Virus record (IMG/VR): IMGVR_UViG_2579779116_000016
Coordinates: 1-42,915 of that record
Source: a virus
Lineage: Duplodnaviria > Heunggongvirae > Uroviricota > Caudoviricetes
Direction: 5' to 3' (one strand)
DNA length: 42,915 bases
Numbering within the stretch: the stretch's first letter is position 1; every line of letters starts with the position of its first letter. The translations under genes and the position numbers were made by a program. Positions 37,155 to 42,915 of this stretch are shown here, one piece after another. The notes beneath the pieces were generated by a model. It was given only the letters and a program-made list of their open reading frames with translations, was not told the DNA's origin and did not search any database.

Positions 37155-37703
37155 ATGAATCACTTGATGGTTGACCTTGAAACAATGGGCAACGGGCCAT
37201 ACGCGCCAGTTATTTCTATTGGGGCGGTATTCTTTGACCCGAATACCGGAGAAACAGGAGAAGAGTTCTCGGTAAATATCTCGCTTGAATCATCAATGCG
37301 ATATCGAGCGCGTCCTGACGCTTCAACGATTTTATGGTGGCTGGAACAGAGTGAAGAAGCCAGAAAATCGCTAACCAGCAACACTCAGGAGCTTTCAACG
37401 GCTCTTTCATGGTTATCTGAATTCATCATAAAGAACGCTAACCACAAATTCGTTCAGGTTTGGGGGAATGGAGCATCATTTGACTGCGTTATTCTCCGCA
37501 ACAGTTATTCGCTGACAGGGCAGCCAGTTCCGTGGCAGTGGTGGAATGACCGCGACGTAAGAACAATCGTCGAACTTGGGAAGGTAATAGGATTCGACCC
37601 TAAGCGAGATATGCCATTCAAAGGAACTCGCCACAACGCGCTTGATGATGCCATTCACCAAGCCAAATACGTTTCAGCGATCTGGAAAAAGTTAGCTAAA
37701 TAA
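37155..37703 (+). CDS. DEDD-type 3'-5' exonuclease
   Basis: 182 aa; N-terminal MVDLETMG (Asp-x-Glu) and C-terminal HNALDDA motifs typical of DnaQ-like exonucleases. Confidence 0.65.
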   Translation: MNHLMVDLETMGNGPYAPVISIGAVFFDPNTGETGEEFSVNISLESSMRYRARPDASTILWWLEQSEEARKSLTSNTQELSTALSWLSEFIIKNANHKFVQVWGNGASFDCVILRNSYSLTGQPVPWQWWNDRDVRTIVELGKVIGFDPKRDMPFKGTRHNALDDAIHQAKYVSAIWKKLAK

Positions 37704-37719
37704 TCAACAGGAGAAAACC

Positions 37720-38013
37720 ATGCCAGCGCCTCTGTATGGTGCGGATGACGCGCGCCGCTGTTCCGGCAATTCCGTATCGGAGGTGCTGGATAAATTCAGA
37801 AAAAACTACGACCTGATAATGTCGCTACCGCAGGAAACGAAAGAGGAAAAGGAATTTCGCCATTGTATATGGCTTGCAGAGAAAGAAGAACTCGAGCGAA
37901 TTTACCAGACATCAATCCGACCATTCCGCAAAGCCACATATACCCACTTCCCTGAAATTGACCCGCGCCTGCGTAATTATCGATCACGCTATGGCGCTAT
38001 CAGTAATGACTGA
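37720..38013 (+). CDS. Hypothetical early-left protein (97 aa)
   Basis: ORF in the tightly packed pL operon; no family assigned. Confidence 0.45.
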   Translation: MPAPLYGADDARRCSGNSVSEVLDKFRKNYDLIMSLPQETKEEKEFRHCIWLAEKEELERIYQTSIRPFRKATYTHFPEIDPRLRNYRSRYGAISND

Positions 38014-38023
38014 GGAATTAACA

Positions 38024-38314
38024 ATGAAAACAATGAAGCTAAACATCGACCTCGGAAAATACGTTATTACCGGAACCAAACACGATCTGATTCTTAGCGA
38101 AAGAGGAATTATCAAAGAAGGCGAGAATGCAGGGAAAGAAACACTAAGCCGTATCGGTTATTACAGCAAGTTTGAGCATCTGGTTAAAGAGTTATGCAAC
38201 CGTGAAATTCTGTTATCTCAGGCGCGGACGCTACAGGATATTCAGCAGCATATCGAAGCTTTAGGTATGTCACTTAGCATGGCTATTGACCAGTTCGTGG
38301 AGAGTAAATCATGA
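38024..38314 (+). CDS. Hypothetical early-left protein (96 aa)
   Basis: ATG at 38024 with GAGGAA RBS; track ORF is an upstream extension. Confidence 0.45.
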   Translation: MKTMKLNIDLGKYVITGTKHDLILSERGIIKEGENAGKETLSRIGYYSKFEHLVKELCNREILLSQARTLQDIQQHIEALGMSLSMAIDQFVESKS

Positions 38315-38475
38315 GAGGACTTGCATACAATCCCGGCATTCTTCCGGCAGAAATGATTATTCGCCAACGCGTAAAGCCAATGCCATCGAGAGAGGAATTG
38401 CTTAAGAGAAAGAGTTTCGGTTCTGTTAATGACAACAAATATCTGAATGCGATGTGGCGGAGTGGTAAGAAATGA
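38311..38475 (+). CDS. Small hypothetical protein (54 aa)
   Basis: ATGA start/stop overlaps on both sides (translationally coupled); hand translation [54 protein letters not shown]. Confidence 0.35.
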   Translation: MRGLAYNPGILPAEMIIRQRVKPMPSREELLKRKSFGSVNDNKYLNAMWRSGKK

Positions 38476-38981
38476 AACAAATGTCACTAATTGAGATGGA
38501 TGGTTTTCTGAAAGGTAAATGCATCCCACGAGATTTAAAGGTTAACGAAACAAACGCTGAATATCTGGTTCGTAAATTTGCTGAAGCGGAGGCCAAGTGC
38601 GCGGCGCTGGCAGCGGAGAATGCGATGTTGAAGCAACGGACACAGCAACTTATCGACATCATTAGTAATACTGACAATGACTACTGCATGTGTGGTTCTG
38701 CTATGAAAGACCACGTGCACAGCGGATGTGGTTATCCTACTGGCATGTTCGATTATTACTACAACCAGTGGCTGGAGTCAGATAACAAAACCCCAGCCAC
38801 CGATGCTTTCCTGGCTGAAGTACGGGCGCAGGGCGTGGAGATGCTGGCAAAAAATCATCAGAGTATCGTCAATGCACTTAAGGGAGATTCTTTATTTTCT
38901 GATGGTGAATACCGACATGCAGCTATTGTTTCCGCAGCTGTATATTTCGCTGCAGAGCTTCGCAAAGGAGGCTGTCAGTGA
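38472..38981 (+). CDS. Hypothetical early-left protein (169 aa)
   Basis: ORF with N-terminal coiled-coil-like segment and Cys/His cluster [18 protein letters not shown]. Confidence 0.5.
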   Translation: MKQMSLIEMDGFLKGKCIPRDLKVNETNAEYLVRKFAEAEAKCAALAAENAMLKQRTQQLIDIISNTDNDYCMCGSAMKDHVHSGCGYPTGMFDYYYNQWLESDNKTPATDAFLAEVRAQGVEMLAKNHQSIVNALKGDSLFSDGEYRHAAIVSAAVYFAAELRKGGCQ

Positions 38982-39217
38982 GCGGAAAAAGAATGACTAA
39001 CAGAGAGCTTGTCGATGCCGTGGTTGACAGAATTGCTGATTTAGAAGCTAAACAGCCATCGCCAGTAGTGCCGGAAGGACTGGTTCAAGCAGTGCGCTTC
39101 TATGAGCAGGTAAAACGTGAGAATCCGCCAGCCGAAACCGGAGCATGGAAAGACGATGTTGACTGGGTGCTCAAAGAGGCTTGTCAGGTTGTAAACACTG
39201 GCATCAAAGGAGAGTGA
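38978..39217 (+). CDS. Hypothetical early-left protein (79 aa)
   Basis: ORF with overlapping start/stop in operon. Confidence 0.45.
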   Translation: MSGKRMTNRELVDAVVDRIADLEAKQPSPVVPEGLVQAVRFYEQVKRENPPAETGAWKDDVDWVLKEACQVVNTGIKGE

Positions 39218-39218
39218 T

Positions 39219-39734
39219 ATGGCGCTAACACACCGCGAACTCTGTCAGATTGCGTACAAGTTCCTTAAGCGCAACGGGTTCAAGGTTTGCTTTCATGACC
39301 GCTTTATAGCTGTAACCAGTACCGGAGAACAGCCAGATGCTATGGGATTCAGAAATTCAGCATCATGCTTGATAGAGGCGAAGTGTTCTCGTGCTGACTT
39401 GTTGGCAGATAGAAAAAAGCGTTTCCGTAAAAATCCGTCTCTTGGAATGGGCGACTGGCGATTCTTTATTAGTGAGCCGGGAATTATTTCAATTGAGGAT
39501 TTACCACCTGGCTGGGGATTACTTCACGTTGTTAACGGAAGAGTACGGAAAGTACATGGGTGGCCCAGGGGTAATTGCTGTTGGGGTAATCCTGACGATA
39601 AGCCATTTACTGGAAATAAGCAGGTTGAATGCGATTACATGTTATCTGCATTAAGGCGCATGGAGTTGAGAGGGCACCTTAATGAAATATATGACGGTGT
39701 AATTGTTAATAAGAAAGAAGGAAACGCGGCATGA
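39219..39734 (+). CDS. PD-(D/E)xK nuclease-fold protein (VRR-NUC-like)
   Basis: 171 aa; QPDAMGF...CLIEAKCS arrangement consistent with a PD-x(n)-ExK active site. Confidence 0.5.
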   Translation: MALTHRELCQIAYKFLKRNGFKVCFHDRFIAVTSTGEQPDAMGFRNSASCLIEAKCSRADLLADRKKRFRKNPSLGMGDWRFFISEPGIISIEDLPPGWGLLHVVNGRVRKVHGWPRGNCCWGNPDDKPFTGNKQVECDYMLSALRRMELRGHLNEIYDGVIVNKKEGNAA

Positions 39735-40126
39735 TCACTATTACCAAAGAGCGACTACTGACAATCAAGCAGTGGCGCGAAACATACGGACCTGGTAGCA
39801 ACGTTGTACTGCCAGCAGAAGAAGCGGAAGAACTGGCGCGGATTGCACTGGCATCACTGGAAGCAGATCCAGTTGCTTATATTTTCAAACATCCGGCCGG
39901 GAAATTATTCTGGGCTTTAACGGATGAAAGCAATAAAGAGCAAGCTGACGTTATTCCTGTTTATGCCGCCCCTCCAGTACCAGTAGTACCTGCTGCATTA
40001 CCTGAGAACGACGATGAGGACGGGCAGGACATTGATTATCTTGAGCCATCTGAAGTTTACGCGCTTGGGCGAACAGCTGGCTGGAACGCCTGCCGTGCTG
40101 CCATGCTTAAGGGAGATAAATCATGA
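39731..40126 (+). CDS. Hypothetical early-left protein (131 aa)
   Basis: ORF with Pro/Ala-rich linker and acidic stretch; operon context. Confidence 0.45.
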   Translation: MITITKERLLTIKQWRETYGPGSNVVLPAEEAEELARIALASLEADPVAYIFKHPAGKLFWALTDESNKEQADVIPVYAAPPVPVVPAALPENDDEDGQDIDYLEPSEVYALGRTAGWNACRAAMLKGDKS

Positions 40127-40530
40127 TTAATCGTACCAAGCTGGAGCACATCCTCGAATATGCCAGACAGCAGAAGCGCTTTGGTCAGCATTGCAAAATT
40201 CCGCCAGGAGATATGGTTGAAATCGTGGAGATTGCCATGCGCAAGGCTGGCAACCCTCCGGTAACTCCGGATGGTTGGATAAGCTGTAGTGAGCGAATGC
40301 CTGTAATTGGCGAGCTAAATTGGAGAACTAGTTTTCCTTTACTGGTTACGTGTGAGATCGGCGTTATACCAGCTTATTACGGTTTTGTGAGAGTTAATGG
40401 GAATAAGCATTATGGTTTTATGGAGAGTCTTAAATATGGAGATGATAGCGGCAACCATCCCCAAACTAATGAATATGACCTGATTAGCAATGTCACACAC
40501 TGGATGCCGCTACCAGAGCCTCCACTTTGA
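40123..40530 (+). CDS. DUF551-like protein
   Basis: 135 aa ending ...VTHWMPLPEPPL, the W-x-PLPEPP C-terminal hallmark I associate with DUF551 prophage proteins. Confidence 0.55.
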   Translation: MINRTKLEHILEYARQQKRFGQHCKIPPGDMVEIVEIAMRKAGNPPVTPDGWISCSERMPVIGELNWRTSFPLLVTCEIGVIPAYYGFVRVNGNKHYGFMESLKYGDDSGNHPQTNEYDLISNVTHWMPLPEPPL

Positions 40531-40626
40531 AAGCGAAGCTTATACATATCTTTTACATCAGCAATCTATTGTTAATCTCCAATCAATGTTATGTTGTCAT
40601 CTCACTCATGCTTTGGAGGTAGTGAT

Positions 40627-40806
40627 ATGTCTTGTCCAAAATGCGGTTCTGGAAATATTGCAAAAGAAAAAACAATGCGTGGATGGTCTGATGATTATGT
40701 GTGCTGCGATTGCGGATACAACGACTCTAAAGACGCATTTGGAGAGCGTGGTAAAAACGATTTTGTCAAAATTAATAAAGAACGCGAAGGCAACGAAAAA
40801 AGCTAA
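40627..40806 (+). CDS. Small zinc-ribbon protein (59 aa)
   Basis: ATG with GGAGG RBS; CPKCGSG...CCDCGY four-Cys pattern. Confidence 0.5.
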   Translation: MSCPKCGSGNIAKEKTMRGWSDDYVCCDCGYNDSKDAFGERGKNDFVKINKEREGNEKS

Positions 40807-40871
40807 TTTATTTATTCATATATGAAAACAATGTAACCAATATTCGAATTGAAGAACTGAAAGAACACCAA

Positions 40872-40893
40872 GCCGCCTGATGGCGGTTTTTTC
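40872..40893 (+). terminator. Intrinsic terminator at the end of the pL operon
   Basis: GCCGCC-TGAT-GGCGG followed by TTTTTTCTT. Confidence 0.6.
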
Positions 40894-40902
40894 TTGCCTG
40901 AT

Positions 40903-40918
40903 TTGCAGGTTCGATTCC
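40903..40918 (+). other. argW-derived segment (T-stem/T-loop portion TTGCAGGTTCGATTCC) upstream of the excisionase gene
   Basis: 16-nt match to the T-arm of tRNA-Arg(CCU) argW as I recall it; tRNA homology stops after GATTCC. Confidence 0.55.
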
Positions 40919-40937
40919 CTATTCGGAGATAGCACTC

Positions 40938-41138
40938 ATGCAACACGAACTACAACCTGATTCACTGGTTGATTTGAAATTCATCATGGCTGATACTGGC
41001 TTCGGTAAGACATTCATCTATGACAGGATTAAGTCCGGCGACCTGCCAAAAGCCAAAGTTATCCACGGACGCGCAAGATGGTTATATCGTGACCACTGTG
41101 AATTCAAAAATAAGCTCTTAAGCCGCGCCAATGGGTAA
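40938..41138 (+). CDS. torI: Excisionase / recombination directionality factor, TorI-like (AlpA-type winged helix)
   Basis: 66 aa MQHELQPDSLVDLKFIMADTGFGKTFIYDRIKSGDLPKAKVIHGRARWLYRDHCEF...; matches my recollection of TorI; located at the prophage end opposite int. Confidence 0.85.
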   Translation: MQHELQPDSLVDLKFIMADTGFGKTFIYDRIKSGDLPKAKVIHGRARWLYRDHCEFKNKLLSRANG

Positions 41139-41211
41139 AATAGCGGGTAAAATATTTCTCACATCTAAAAAACACCATTCTAATCAACCCCCTGCCTCTT
41201 CAAGTAGATGT

Positions 41212-41226
41212 CTGCAGGGGACACCA
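41212..41226 (+). other. Candidate attR core: direct repeat of the argW 3' terminus (CTGCAGGGGACACCA)
   Basis: 15-nt match to the last nucleotides of argW including CCA, same orientation as int; inverted-repeat context CCCCTGC...GCAGGGG. Confidence 0.6.
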
Positions 41227-41667
41227 GATACCCTTCAAACGAAATCTACCTTCACCCCGTAAAAGATGGGTTTGGCAGCACACTTGCCTTATATCTACTC
41301 ATTTTTACTGCAACAGGTTGAAATCTCAGCACTGTCAGAAAGCGCTGATGACTAAACAGCCCTGGGCCGGGCGATGTAACCATCACACAGAATCCTGATA
41401 GCGAAATATGGCGTGACTCGATACTTCACTCCGCAATGCATTCCTTGATGAATTCGCAGGACCGTGATACACGGGACAGGTCACTGAATGACGACAATGT
41501 CCTGGAAATCAGCGAACCGCGCATCTGAAGTACATTTGAGCGACTGTACCAGAACATGAATGAGGCGTTTGGATTAGGCGATTATTAGCAGGGCTAAGCA
41601 TTTTACTATTATTATTTTCCGGTTGAGGGATATAGAGCTATCGACAACAACCGGAAAAAGTTTACGT

Positions 41668-42915
41668 CTATATTGCTGAAGGTACAGGCGTTTCCATAAC
41701 TATTTGCTCGCGTTTTTTACTCAAGAAGAAAATGCCAAATAGCAACATCAGGCAGACAATACCCGAAATTGCGAAGAAAACTGTCTGGTAGCCTGCGTGG
41801 TCAAAGAGTATCCCAGTCGGCGTTGAAAGCAGCACAATCCCAAGCGAACTGGCAATTTGAAAACCAATCAGAAAGATCGTCGACGACAGGCGCTTATCAA
41901 AGTTTGCCACGCTGTATTTGAAGACGGATATGACACAAAGTGGAACCTCAATGGCATGTAACAACTTCACTAATGAAATAATCCAGGGGTTAACGAACAG
42001 CGCGCAGGAAAGGATACGCAACGCCATAATCACAACTCCGATAAGTAATGCATTTTTTGGCCCTACCCGATTCACAAAGAAAGGAATAATCGCCATGCAC
42101 AGCGCTTCGAGTACCACCTGGAATGAGTTGAGATAACCATACAGGCGCGTTCCTACATCGTGTGATTCGAATAAACCTGCATAAAAGACAGGAAAAAGTT
42201 GTTGATCAAAAATGTTATAGAAAGACCACGTCCCCACAATAAATATGACGAAAACCCAGAAGTTTCGATCCTTGAAAACTGCGATAAAATCCTCTTTTTT
42301 TACCCCTCCCGCATCTGCCGCTACGCACTGGTGATCCTTATCTTTAAAACGCATGTTGATCATCATAAATACAGCGCCAAATAGCGAGACCAACCAGAAG
42401 TTGATATGGGGACTGATACTAAAAAATATGCCGGCAAAGAACGCGCCAATAGCATAGCCAAAAGATCCCCAGGCGCGCGCTGTTCCATATTCGAAATGAA
42501 AATTTCGCGCCATTTTTTCGGTGAAGCTATCAAGCAAACCGCATCCCGCCAGATACCCCAAGCCAAAAAATAGCGCCCCCAGAATTAGACCTACAGAAAA
42601 ATTGCTTTGCAGTAACGGTTCATAAACGTAAATCATAAACGGTCCGGTCAAGACCAGGATGAAACTCATACACCAGATGAGCGGTTTCTTCAGACCGAGT
42701 TTATCCTGAACGATGCCGTAGAACATCATAAATAGAATGCTGGTAAACTGGTTGACCGAATAAAGTGTACCTAATTCCGTCCCTGTCAACCCTAGATGTC
42801 CTTTCAGCCAAATAGCGTATAACGACCACCACAGCGACCAGGAAATAAAAAAGAGAAATGAGTAACTGGATGCAAAACGATAGTACGCATTTCTGAATGG
42901 AATATTCAGTGCCAT
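41668..42915 (-). CDS. cscB: LacY-family sugar:H+ symporter, sucrose permease CscB-like (host gene flanking the prophage)
   Basis: 415-aa 12-TM ORF; translation matches my recollection of E. coli CscB; start codon at the last base of the window. Confidence 0.85.
   Translation of the reverse strand: MALNIPFRNAYYRFASSYSFLFFISWSLWWSLYAIWLKGHLGLTGTELGTLYSVNQFTSILFMMFYGIVQDKLGLKKPLIWCMSFILVLTGPFMIYVYEPLLQSNFSVGLILGALFFGLGYLAGCGLLDSFTEKMARNFHFEYGTARAWGSFGYAIGAFFAGIFFSISPHINFWLVSLFGAVFMMINMRFKDKDHQCVAADAGGVKKEDFIAVFKDRNFWVFVIFIVGTWSFYNIFDQQLFPVFYAGLFESHDVGTRLYGYLNSFQVVLEALCMAIIPFFVNRVGPKNALLIGVVIMALRILSCALFVNPWIISLVKLLHAIEVPLCVISVFKYSVANFDKRLSSTIFLIGFQIASSLGIVLLSTPTGILFDHAGYQTVFFAISGIVCLMLLFGIFFLSKKREQIVMETPVPSAI

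Noticed and set aside
41668-42915. LacY-family permease considered as possible phage cargo
   Set aside because: Lies beyond the candidate attR core and the excisionase gene, has host-like composition and matches a chromosomal sucrose permease; treated as host flank.

Overview
The window is almost entirely one intact temperate prophage (about 41.2 kb) with a P22/Sf6-like podovirus structural and packaging arm on the minus strand and a lambda-type immunity region; the best candidates for an undescribed system are five cargo slots that I cannot assign to a characterised family. All protein family calls are from reading the translations and recalling known sequences; no database search was run. 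The layout is KplE1/CPS-53-like: a P4-type IntS-like integrase starts at base 1 (argW and attL should lie just upstream, outside the window), and a TorI-like excisionase plus an argW 3'-end repeat mark the right end near 41226. The last gene (41668..42915) is host, a LacY-family sucrose permease (CscB-like). The backbone is mosaic: lambda-like cI/cro/cII/N with oR, oL/pL and nutL; lambda-type S/R/Rz/Rz1 lysis; a 21/82-type Q; a lambda-O-like initiator with non-lambda iterons and a DnaC-type loader; and a P22-type immI region (mnt/arc/ant). Cargo slots, in my order of interest: (1) a 301-aa AT-rich gene exactly replacing rexAB downstream of cI; (2) a LexA-box-controlled UmuD'-like gene beside int; (3) a membrane-anchored SGNH/GDSL hydrolase in the O-antigen-conversion slot next to the tailspike; (4) a three-gene cluster in the sieA slot (59-aa protein, a small HExxH ImmA/IrrE-like peptidase, and a Gln-rich lipoprotein); (5) a T5orf172-domain protein plus three small ORFs between lysis and terminase. 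No rRNA, tRNA gene or CRISPR array was found.
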